From: a virus
Direction: 5' to 3' (one strand)
DNA: 64,000 nt
IMG/VR virus record: IMGVR_UViG_3300045912_000789
Coordinates: 64,001 to 128,000 of that record
Shown: positions 28,701-36,714 of the stretch, in pieces
How the letters are laid out: each line of letters starts with the position of its first letter
Position numbering within the stretch: the stretch's first letter is position 1
The notes under the pieces: generated by a model
Told to the model about the DNA's origin: nothing
What the model saw: the letters and a program-made list of their open reading frames with translations, nothing else
The model's database searches: none
Position numbers and translations under genes: made by a program

Positions 28701-31700
28701 CCCGGCACCGAAGATCCCGTTCGTCTTCAAGAAGTTCGAGTCGATGCTCACGGGCCTCGGCGTGAACGTCGAGAAGTCGGGCGCTGAGATCCGCCTGATG
28801 CCGCGCAGCGACGCCGAGACGCGAGCCATGAGCCGTGGCGAGATCACGCGCCCCACCCGTAGCATCCGCGGCAAGGACGACAAGCCGGAGCAGGGCGGGC
28901 TCTTCGACCCGAACATCACCGGCGGTCCTGCGGGCCAGCACTGGGGCCACGTCGAGCTGGTCGAGCCGATGCCGAACCCGGTGTACGCCCGGGCCATCGC
29001 GCACACGCTCGGCATCAAGGAGACCGACATCCCCAAGATCATCGAGGGGAAGGCGAAGCTGCCGAACGGAGAGATCGGCGGCAAGGCGTTCCGCGACGCT
29101 CTGAAGTCGATCGACATCGACAAGGAGATGAAGGCGACGGCCGCGGCGCTGAAGGATCCCAAGGTGAAGGGCGCGCAGCTCGACAAGCTGCACTTCAAGT
29201 ACCGCGCGCTGAAGACCGTGAAGGACGCCGGCAAGCGGCTCGACGAGGCCTGGACCATCAAGGCCGTGCCGGTGCTGCCGCCCGTGTTCCGCCCGCAGGC
29301 CACGCTGCCGGACGGGACGATCAAGAACAACCCCCTCAACGCGCTCTACAAGCGTCTCGGCATGGTGAACGAGTCGCTCAAGAAGGGCGAGGGCAAGGTT
29401 CCCTACAACAACACGCTCGATGCGCGCGCCGGTCTCTACCAGGAGCTGTCGAACCTCTTCGGCACCACGCCGAAGGGGAAGAAGGCGCTCGACCTCGACA
29501 TGCGCGGCACGAAGGAAGATCCCGACAAGACGCTGCCCGGCATCATCCACATGATCTCGGGTGACCAGCCGAAGGACGGGTTCTTCCAGGACAAGATGAT
29601 CGCGAAGAAGCAGGACTACACGTCCCGTGCGACCATCGTCGTGGACCCGAACCTGTCGGTGGACGAGATTGGTCTGCCGAAGAAGATTGCCATCGAGCTG
29701 ATGCGCCCGATGGTGGCGCGCCGCCTCGTCCAGGCCCGCATCCGGCCGGACGAGGCGCAGAAGATGATCAGCCGCAAGGACCCCATCGCCATCAAGGCTC
29801 TGGAGCAGGAGGTCCAGCACCGTCCCGTCCTGATGAAGCGCGACCCCGTGCTGCACCAGTACGGTCTCGTCGCCCAGCGGGCGAAGCTCACCGACGACCC
29901 GGCGATCAAGGTGAGCCCGCTCATCCTGCCGCCGCTCGGCGGCGACATCGACGGCGACACCGTGGCGCTGATGGTCCCCCTCACCCAGGAGGCGATCGAA
30001 GAGGCGAAGCGCATCATGCCGTCGCAGCGCACGCTCAGCGACAGCTCGGGCGACGTGCTGTTCTCGCCGGCGAACGAGTCGGCCCTCAGCCTCTACCGCA
30101 TGTCGATCCCCCGCGGGAAGCACCAGGGGGCGCTGAAGGACAAGGACGAGGCGGAGGCGCTGTTCCGCTCGAACCGCATCCACCTCAACCAGCAGATCCA
30201 CGTGAAGGGCGTGGGCGACACCACGCTCGGACGGCTCCGCATCGCCGAAGTCCTGCCGGAGAAGTTCCGCCCCGACGTCCTCACCAAGCTCGACAAGCCG
30301 TTCGATCGCAAGGTCCAGGAAAGCATCCTGAAGGACGTCGCGAAGAACATGCCGAAGCACTTCGTCGAGACCGTCGACGGGATGAGCCGGCTGGGCTTCA
30401 AGATGGCCTACGAGTCGGGCCACACCGTCGGGCTGAAGGACATCGAGCCGCTGCGTGAGCACCGCGACAAGATCATCGCCGACGCCACCAAGGAGGTCGC
30501 GGCGATGAAGGCGCGCGGCGCGGACGCCGCAGAGACGACCGAGGCCTGGCTCCGGGCGACCCGGAAGATCCACGACGTCTACAACGACGTGCTCAAGGGC
30601 AAGCCCACGAACGTCTCGGACATGGCACCGGCGCCGCTGGGCTCCGGCATCAAGGCGAAGCGCGAGCAGTTCCAGGGGCTCATCATGGCCCCCATGCTGG
30701 TCGAGGATCACCTCGGCACCCCCTCGAAGGTGCCGATCACGAAGAGCTTCGCCGAGGGCATCGACCTCGGCGGCTACTTCCTCCAGGCCGCCGGCGCGCG
30801 TCGCGGCGTCATCCAGAAGACCGACTCGGTGCGCGAGCCCGGCTACATGAGCAAGCTGCTCGTGCAGGCGAACATCGACCAGCCGATCACCTCGGCCGAC
30901 TGCGGAACGACCCACGGGATGTCGATGCCGGTGACCCACAAGGACATCGTGGATCGGCACCTCGCCAGCGACGTGAAGATCGGCGACCACCTGTTCAAGG
31001 CCGGCACGGTCGTCACTCCAGACGTGCTGTCGAAGGCCAAGGAGAAGGGTGTCGATCAGCTCGTCGTCCACAGTCCGCTGAAGTGCCGGATGCCGCAGGG
31101 CGTCTGCTCGAAGTGCATGGGCGTGCACCCCAGCGGCAAGGAGTATCACCTCGGTGAGAACGTCGGCATCGTGGCGGCCCAGGCGCTCGGTGAGCGAGCG
31201 GCGCAGCTCATGCTGAAGCAAACGCACGGCGGCGGTATCGTGTCCACGGCCGGCCACAGCGTCTCGGAGTTCAGCGACGTGCAGCGTCTCTTCGACGCCG
31301 CGAAGCGGGGGCGCGAGGACGCAGCCCTGGCTCCCAACAACGGCAAGATCGTCGGTGTCCACCAGAGCAAGGCGGGCGACTGGGTCATCCAGTTCGAGCG
31401 CGGCAAGGTGAAGACCCGGCAGAAGCCGCTCCCGCACGTGAAGCCGGGCACCGAGGTGAAGCGCGGCGACACGCTCACCGCAGGCGACCCGAACATCCAC
31501 GATCTCCTGGCGACGAAGGGTCTCGACGCCGTCCAGGCTCACATGGTCGACAAGATCGGTACCATCTACGGCCGTGAGGGTGTGCTTCGTCGTCACGTCG
31601 AGCTGGCGGTTCGGAACGCCACGGGCGTCGTGCGGGTCACCGATCCCGGAGACCACGACGGCTACGTCCGTGGCGACTACGTCCAGAAGTCGGTGCTCGA

Positions 31701-31965
31701 CGAGATCAACCGCGGCGTCCTCAAGGGCAAGGAGGCGGTGAAGTACCAGCCGATGCTGCTGCCCACGAAGATGATCCCGCTGCGCCGGCAGGAGGACTGG
31801 ATCGCGCGCCTTCAGGGCGAGCGCATCGGCCAGAGCGTCCTGCGCGGCATCCAGCACGGCCACAAGTCGGACGTGACCGGACGACACCCCATCCCCGCTC
31901 TCGCCGTCGGTGTGACGGTCGGCGCGCCCGCCGACGCTCGCCCGTTCGGCACCGCTGCACGCTGA
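25735..31965 (+). CDS. rpoBC: DNA-directed RNA polymerase, fused beta-beta' single chain (2076 aa)
   Basis: beta motifs (NHEDG, GSKISTRHSAKG, PGRMNPGQ, LEHQIDKK) followed in frame by beta' motifs (GHVEL, PVLPPVFRP, KQDYTSR, RDPVLH, GGDIDGD, bridge helix, QALGERAAQL..THGGG). Confidence 0.95.
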   Translation: MLTSDPHHQFEELKDQLLQQIGQTFPVKDRSGRFEVRVSDLKIEDRLGVDDIKDQFKAKMEGRSWAAPVVGTIEIVDTTSGKTLVSKKNSPVAKIPKLTRHYSYIIGGSEKFIANQWRLRPGVYVKATEKPGEFEAQFQLAKGRSFDLQTGDSGEIYMKLGSRKIPLYSVLNAMGVDDEAMKKAWGADAYEASRKKANVARDLKSLYETWRKEPLGEKADPVLETKAIFEGTRIDPVVAHANVGVKSERVDSSVLFEASKKLLDVAAKRKDPDPIDSLRYKELWTAKDQFVDRIAKAAPDIESRIQRALGKPTVQRRLASGDHSVLRDVFMPDLIQRPLYHVFTTSLAANGKQTNPVSMLSDRSMVTITGPGGIQNPHALSKSNTSLDPSHLGFLDPVFTPESNAGVNTHLTFGVSIKDRKPYVRLYNTKTGKMEDVDAATAAVSNVVLPDQVRWEKGTPKPLSKTVRMSDSRGHMRDDIAFSSADYVMPSAAQVFAVETNLVPFMQNDSAGRSTMSARHMAQAISVVGREPPKVQVEAGAGKSFEAIMGSGFLAHRAKADGVVKEIKKDEIVIQGKDGTHSVHLYHHYPTNDPKGQLHSSPLVKPGDRVRAGQIVADNNYTKNGTLALGANLRVAYLANGSNHEDGIVISRSAADRLASEHLYKPSMLLSDTHVLGKKEFLIGKPGVYSKDRIDKIGDDGIVKPGTKVKPGDPLVLALGEVMLPGTADINAKYKIGKRLRNKYQNSSMVWDGDYEAEVVRAERVGKNVVVHLKTLEPAQIGSKISTRHSAKGIVTEIIDDKDMPHDEKGKPVEMLINPVSVPGRMNPGQLLETAAGKIADKTGRPYFVRNFQGGTDYLKKIQDELKQHGLKDTETLYDPKTGRKLGDVMVGPHYAFQLEHQIDKKTHVRAGGYGSELLQFDAPKIHYDNDTRVPRGGGHTGAQSLGSLGIYAALAAGLKDNLREMQTLKSDQPQAREVWGALANGERIPAPKIPFVFKKFESMLTGLGVNVEKSGAEIRLMPRSDAETRAMSRGEITRPTRSIRGKDDKPEQGGLFDPNITGGPAGQHWGHVELVEPMPNPVYARAIAHTLGIKETDIPKIIEGKAKLPNGEIGGKAFRDALKSIDIDKEMKATAAALKDPKVKGAQLDKLHFKYRALKTVKDAGKRLDEAWTIKAVPVLPPVFRPQATLPDGTIKNNPLNALYKRLGMVNESLKKGEGKVPYNNTLDARAGLYQELSNLFGTTPKGKKALDLDMRGTKEDPDKTLPGIIHMISGDQPKDGFFQDKMIAKKQDYTSRATIVVDPNLSVDEIGLPKKIAIELMRPMVARRLVQARIRPDEAQKMISRKDPIAIKALEQEVQHRPVLMKRDPVLHQYGLVAQRAKLTDDPAIKVSPLILPPLGGDIDGDTVALMVPLTQEAIEEAKRIMPSQRTLSDSSGDVLFSPANESALSLYRMSIPRGKHQGALKDKDEAEALFRSNRIHLNQQIHVKGVGDTTLGRLRIAEVLPEKFRPDVLTKLDKPFDRKVQESILKDVAKNMPKHFVETVDGMSRLGFKMAYESGHTVGLKDIEPLREHRDKIIADATKEVAAMKARGADAAETTEAWLRATRKIHDVYNDVLKGKPTNVSDMAPAPLGSGIKAKREQFQGLIMAPMLVEDHLGTPSKVPITKSFAEGIDLGGYFLQAAGARRGVIQKTDSVREPGYMSKLLVQANIDQPITSADCGTTHGMSMPVTHKDIVDRHLASDVKIGDHLFKAGTVVTPDVLSKAKEKGVDQLVVHSPLKCRMPQGVCSKCMGVHPSGKEYHLGENVGIVAAQALGERAAQLMLKQTHGGGIVSTAGHSVSEFSDVQRLFDAAKRGREDAALAPNNGKIVGVHQSKAGDWVIQFERGKVKTRQKPLPHVKPGTEVKRGDTLTAGDPNIHDLLATKGLDAVQAHMVDKIGTIYGREGVLRRHVELAVRNATGVVRVTDPGDHDGYVRGDYVQKSVLDEINRGVLKGKEAVKYQPMLLPTKMIPLRRQEDWIARLQGERIGQSVLRGIQHGHKSDVTGRHPIPALAVGVTVGAPADARPFGTAAR

Positions 31966-33089
31966 TGGCACGGACCACTGGATCGCCGTCCCACAACCGC
32001 TTCTCGCACTTCCGGTGCGAGGAGTGCACGATCACGGACGTCAACCGCAAGACGTTCACGGTCACGGCCGAGTCGCGCCACACCGCCAAGACGATCGAGG
32101 ATATCCAGGTCCTCGTGCCGTACCACCACTACGCCAACGGCGAGGGCATTCACCACCTTCCCGAGGTCGGCGCGATCTGCCTCGTCGGCTGGCCGAACGA
32201 CAACACGCCGCCGTTCGTCATGGGCTACCTCGGGGCGGCGAGCGTGGAGCAGAGCACGGATGGCGCCCCCGAGCGCTCCACCGTGGCTGCCGAAGGCTCG
32301 GACACCGACGCCAGCTTCCGCTCGCGCCGCCCGCAGCTCAACCCGGGCGACATCGCGTTCACCACCCGAGACGAGAACTTCATCATCCTGCGGCGCGGCG
32401 GTGTCCTACAGATCGGTGCCACGCCGATCTCCCAGCGCGTCTACATCCCCGTCTTGAACTTCATCAAGGACTTCGCCGAGAACTACGAGATGCACACGTT
32501 CGGCGGCGACGTGTCGTGGACCGTGGGTCGTCAGGAGGACGATCCTTCGGGCGACGCACCCGCGACGTACACGTTCCACCTCAACGAGTTCGCCCAGGAC
32601 GCGAAGGCCACGGTGCGCATCCAGCACATGCCGCTGGGCGGCAGCGACAAGGCGGCGTGGCAGGTGCACATCGCTCCGCAGGGCATCGATCGGGATGACG
32701 GCAGCGTCGAGAACGAGAAGTACTCGATGGTCATCACCACGGGGGGCAACTTCGCCGAGATCATCGGGGCAGACCGCAGCGTCCACGTGAAGGGGAACGA
32801 CGAGCTGACCATCGACGGCAGCCGAACCACCGACATCACCGGCGACGACGTCACCACGGCGAACGGCAAGATCGAACTCATCGCGAGCCAGAGCGCCGTC
32901 CTCGCCGGCCTCATGGTGAAGCTCGCCAGCCGTAGCGCCAGCGATCCCGCCGTTCTCGGCCGCGAGCTGGTGCAGGTGCTGAGCACCGCGATGTTCATCG
33001 TGGATCCCACGACGAACCAGGCGACGCCCTCCCCGGCGTTCGTCGCAGCCCTCCAGACGATTCTGTCCAGGAAGGTGTTCCTGGAGTAA
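31965..33089 (+). CDS. baseplate central spike-like protein (gp5/GpV OB fold + beta-helix)
   Basis: LPEVGAICLVGW; VKGNDELTIDGSRTTDITG repeats; PAVLG motif. Confidence 0.6.
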   Translation: MARTTGSPSHNRFSHFRCEECTITDVNRKTFTVTAESRHTAKTIEDIQVLVPYHHYANGEGIHHLPEVGAICLVGWPNDNTPPFVMGYLGAASVEQSTDGAPERSTVAAEGSDTDASFRSRRPQLNPGDIAFTTRDENFIILRRGGVLQIGATPISQRVYIPVLNFIKDFAENYEMHTFGGDVSWTVGRQEDDPSGDAPATYTFHLNEFAQDAKATVRIQHMPLGGSDKAAWQVHIAPQGIDRDDGSVENEKYSMVITTGGNFAEIIGADRSVHVKGNDELTIDGSRTTDITGDDVTTANGKIELIASQSAVLAGLMVKLASRSASDPAVLGRELVQVLSTAMFIVDPTTNQATPSPAFVAALQTILSRKVFLE

Positions 33090-33091
33090 GG

Positions 33092-33102
33092 TGTGGTACC
33101 AT
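33092..33102 (+). promoter_or_regulatory. extended -10 element TGTG-G-TACCAT
   Basis: 7 nt before ATG 33110. Confidence 0.4.
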
Positions 33103-33109
33103 GACCGCC

Positions 33110-35185
33110 ATGGATCTCTTCGTCAGCAAGCCCCAGCTCACGTTCCCTCCGGCCTCGGCCACGAAGGCTGCGTCGGCTCAGCTCGACGAGGACACCGAGT
33201 CGTGGCCGCGGCAGATCCTCACGGAGCTGTTCCGCACGACCCCCGAGACGAGCGACTACACGCCCCGCGTCGAGATGATGAAGGTCGACGAGGAGCAGGG
33301 CTACGGGCTCGGCGTGATCGTGATCGAGAACGCCACCGACAGTTCGCTGTCGATCGCCCGCACCGGTCCGACGAGCAAGCGTGTCCTCGTGCCGGTCGTC
33401 ATCAAGAACCACACGCTCTGCCCCCTCGATCTGATCATGCTCCGCTCGGGGCGCATGCTCCCGCTGAACGGCCACACGCTGCGCGAGGCGCTGTTCCGGC
33501 CGGAGACCTTCGAGATGATCACCGAGGACTGGGACGACACCTCGCTCTGGAACCAGTTCTACCCGCCGGGCCGCTCCGACAACGACTTCGGCGCCGGCAT
33601 CTCGCAGGGCATCGGCGGCGGCACCCAGGGCGCCGTCACGTTCATCCAGGGCCCCGGCATGAAGCTCAGCGCGGACTATGTCCTGCTGAAGGCGCTGGCG
33701 AGCACGATGTTCGCGCCGGACATCGAGGAGGTCGCCAAGGCGGCCAGCGTGCCCGGCGTCGCCGACGTGATGGTCGACACCAACTCGGCGCTGTTCGGGG
33801 CCGCTCGCGTCCTGGCGGAGGCCGAGAAGACCGCCCTGCGCGACGCCAGCGGGCTCCTGAAGTCCGCGAGCGTCTCGGCCCGGCCGGACGTCATCCAGAT
33901 GGGCTACGACGACGCCCAGGGCCGCTACTGGGTCAAGATGGCCAGCCGGTCGGCGTTCAGCGCGCCCCGCCCGGTGTTCATGGGCCGCGCCGAGGCGCTC
34001 AAGTTCGCCGGCGCCGAGGTCGTGTCGAAGGTCGACACTGAGGGGGTCGTGACCGTCAGTCCCACGCCGGTCAAGGCCACCGAGATCCAGCTCGACGCCT
34101 CGAAGTGGGCGATCGTCGACAAGCCCGGCATCTACAAGGTGAAGACGGTCCACGGCAAGGAGCAGGTCGGCTGGGTCATCCCGAACCTCGTCGATCTCGA
34201 CGGCACCTTCGTGCCGATGTCCGTGTTCACCAACGGCGCGGCGGCGATGGTCCAGGACCAGATCGTCGGCGCACACGTCGCGGCCGGCGTGGACCTGCCG
34301 AGCGGTCCGGCGAAGGGCACCGGGATCTTCTACTGCTCGGGCCAGGGCGGGGTGCAGGGCACCGTGCCGGTGCTCGTGCAGGGTTCCGAGGAGGGGATGA
34401 GCGGCGGCTCGTCGTTCCTCGTCCGCAGCCTCACCGGCGAGGAGACTCGGATCCGCCTGGTGCCCGGCCTGGCGAAGATGGTCGTCCTCAAGGGCGAGTT
34501 CCACATGCCGGCGGGGGCGAAGTTCCTCCCGCTCAACGAGGAGACCATGGTGCCGCTCGTCTCGGACGTCAGCGGCATCTCGAAGACCGCCGCGGACATG
34601 ACGCGGCCCACGATCACGCTGTTCGGAGGCGACGCCGACGAGGTGTCGGTGCGCTTCCAGGGGATGCCCAAGCTCGCAAGCGTCACGAACTCCCGTCTCA
34701 CCCACGACTCGGCGGCCTTCCTGCTCTGCCTCGCCGGAGCGCCCGCCAAGATCGCCCACACCAAGATCGCAGCCGCCGCCATGGGCCACACCGTCGAGGT
34801 GCTCGGCCTGCACGACGTGCGTCTCGCGACCGATCTCATCGAACAGACCCGCAAGACCGCCTCCGACCGCAGCCGCGAGGTGATGGCCCTGCGCCGTTAC
34901 CTCGTGAAGGAGGCCGCAGCGCTCCCGGATGCGATGACCGTCGACGCCGTCCTGTCGCTCGGCTTCATCAACTCCGAGAACGTGCGCACGTTCATCAGCA
35001 GCATCCCCTACCTGGAGAAGTGCCTCTCGAAGGTCTGCGAGCTGGTGCTCGGCAGCCGCCTCGGGCTCACGGAGATCCCGGAGTTCGCGGCGGCACGAGC
35101 GGCGCGCGCCCTCGACGAGGTGATCCAGGGTCTCAAGGCGCTCGCGCTGCGCGACGTCCAGGAGGGTGCATCGGCAGGTCGCTGA
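33110..35185 (+). CDS. putative head/core protein rich in KxA motifs
   Basis: About 11 KxA sites (KAAS, KSAS, KMAS, KTAA, KLAS, KTAS, KEAA); alternative start 33101. Confidence 0.65.
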   Translation: MDLFVSKPQLTFPPASATKAASAQLDEDTESWPRQILTELFRTTPETSDYTPRVEMMKVDEEQGYGLGVIVIENATDSSLSIARTGPTSKRVLVPVVIKNHTLCPLDLIMLRSGRMLPLNGHTLREALFRPETFEMITEDWDDTSLWNQFYPPGRSDNDFGAGISQGIGGGTQGAVTFIQGPGMKLSADYVLLKALASTMFAPDIEEVAKAASVPGVADVMVDTNSALFGAARVLAEAEKTALRDASGLLKSASVSARPDVIQMGYDDAQGRYWVKMASRSAFSAPRPVFMGRAEALKFAGAEVVSKVDTEGVVTVSPTPVKATEIQLDASKWAIVDKPGIYKVKTVHGKEQVGWVIPNLVDLDGTFVPMSVFTNGAAAMVQDQIVGAHVAAGVDLPSGPAKGTGIFYCSGQGGVQGTVPVLVQGSEEGMSGGSSFLVRSLTGEETRIRLVPGLAKMVVLKGEFHMPAGAKFLPLNEETMVPLVSDVSGISKTAADMTRPTITLFGGDADEVSVRFQGMPKLASVTNSRLTHDSAAFLLCLAGAPAKIAHTKIAAAAMGHTVEVLGLHDVRLATDLIEQTRKTASDRSREVMALRRYLVKEAAALPDAMTVDAVLSLGFINSENVRTFISSIPYLEKCLSKVCELVLGSRLGLTEIPEFAAARAARALDEVIQGLKALALRDVQEGASAGR

Positions 35186-36123
35186 TGCTCCGACACCCCG
35201 CTCGCCACTACATCTACTACCTGTTCTCGAAGAGGGGGATGACCACGTCGGACGTGGTCACCCACCTCGACGATCTCCGCATGCCTCTGCCCCAGCTCGA
35301 CACCGAGCTGGTGAAGTTCATCCGGCGGATGGTGCGTGCTCGCCAGGAGATGGAGATCCCTCCGGGGTTCGACCCGCTGGCCGAGCAGATGAACCCCGAC
35401 ACGATCCGCTTCCTCAACCACTGGCAGATCGGGGACATGTGGCGGAAGGACCCCTTCGTGGGTCTCGCCATCGACATCCTCAGCGAGCCCGTGGTCCGCC
35501 GCATGATCGAGGCCCTGCTCCTCGGCCCCATCAGCCCCACCGCCATCGCGGCCCGGGTGAAGAACCGGTTCGGCTTCGACGAGTCGGTGATGAACGTGCG
35601 TGTGATCAACGCGTACGCGCACTACTTCTGGAACATCAGCGCGCTCAGCTCGGCGGAGTGGCGGACCCTGATCACGCGCTGGCTCCCCGACGAGAACAAC
35701 AACGACTACCTCGGGGCGCTGGGATCTCCGCGAAGCCCCGCCGGCGCTGCGCTCACCCTGGCGCTCGTGGACCGCAGCGCGGAGAGCCTGAGCCCGGTCG
35801 TCCAGTACTCGGCGTTCCGAGACCACGGCTTCTCGCTCTTCATGGAGCACGCGCTACTCCAGACGCGTCCCTCGCTTCAGCGCACGCAGGGCGCGTTCAT
35901 GGCGTTCAACATGGTGAAGATGGCCGACGAGGAGCTGACCAAGCATCGCGGCGGCTCGGCGGATCTGCTCGAAGAGTTCCGCAAGATCCAGACGCTGTAC
36001 GATCCTAGTCGGATGACGTCGGTGAAGGAGCTGCCTGCTCTGGCACCTGCCGTCATCGACGTGAAGCCCGAAGACTTCGAGGAAGTCCCCGAGGTCCAGC
36101 CCGAAGACAAGGAGATCGCATGA
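35185..36123 (+). CDS. hypothetical protein (312 aa), terminase small subunit candidate by position only
   Basis: TGATG coupling; helical; upstream of terL. Confidence 0.6.
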   Translation: MLRHPARHYIYYLFSKRGMTTSDVVTHLDDLRMPLPQLDTELVKFIRRMVRARQEMEIPPGFDPLAEQMNPDTIRFLNHWQIGDMWRKDPFVGLAIDILSEPVVRRMIEALLLGPISPTAIAARVKNRFGFDESVMNVRVINAYAHYFWNISALSSAEWRTLITRWLPDENNNDYLGALGSPRSPAGAALTLALVDRSAESLSPVVQYSAFRDHGFSLFMEHALLQTRPSLQRTQGAFMAFNMVKMADEELTKHRGGSADLLEEFRKIQTLYDPSRMTSVKELPALAPAVIDVKPEDFEEVPEVQPEDKEIA

Positions 36124-36515
36124 GCATCGCACCGGCAACCGAGGAAGAGAAGGAAGTGCTCGACGGGGGCTCGCCCCTCCGCGGACTGAAGGACGCCATC
36201 CCCGATCGCATGGCGAAGCAGACGGCGGACTACGACGTCGTCTACGGGATCCGCGCCGACGACCAGGCGATGATCTTCCACTTCTTCCCGCCGGGGAGCG
36301 ACCCGCCGAACAAGCTGGGCTCCTGGCGGGACGCCTACCGGATCCACGACCGCCTCGAAGCGGCCATCCCGAAGGCGTTCGACATCCGCTTCGTGAAGGC
36401 CACCTACACGAGCGAGCTGCGCAGCTTCTGCATCATCGTGCGGGGCCTCGGCCGTTCGATGGACCCCTGGCACTTCGTCCATCGCTTCTTCGAGGCGATC
36501 GACGCCCCTCTCTGA
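36120..36515 (+). CDS. hypothetical protein (131 aa)
   Basis: AGGAG RBS, ATGA coupling. Confidence 0.7.
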   Translation: MSIAPATEEEKEVLDGGSPLRGLKDAIPDRMAKQTADYDVVYGIRADDQAMIFHFFPPGSDPPNKLGSWRDAYRIHDRLEAAIPKAFDIRFVKATYTSELRSFCIIVRGLGRSMDPWHFVHRFFEAIDAPL

Positions 36516-36714
36516 TCGTCATCCGGTAGGCCTTCGGGAAGCCAACGGAGAACGACGTGCCATGCGCGCGGTTGTACTCCTTGATGAACTTCTCGGAGGC
36601 CTGGCGGAACTGATCGCTGGGAGGCAAACTGAACCGGAACCACATCACCCCGTCCTGATCTCGCCGGGAGTCGGCGACCGCACTTCCCAGCCAGGTCAAG
36701 AACAGACCGGACAT
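36433..36714 (-). CDS. possible small protein on the opposite strand
   Basis: Fills a 200-nt plus-strand gap; protein-like composition; start overlaps the terL ATG. Confidence 0.35.
   Translation of the reverse strand: MSGLFLTWLGSAVADSRRDQDGVMWFRFSLPPSDQFRQASEKFIKEYNRAHGTSFSVGFPKAYRMTIREGRRSPRRSDGRSARGPSNGRGPAR

Noticed and set aside
25588-31971. 2127-aa antisense ORF and other long shadow ORFs (e.g. 3202-5214, 58485-62633, 59752-62010)
   Set aside because: Mirror or frame-shifted shadows of real genes caused by high GC3 bias; no motifs; R/G/V-rich composition
35185-36123. Possible sigma factor for the phage RNAP
   Set aside because: No recognisable sigma region 2 or 4 motifs; left as hypothetical
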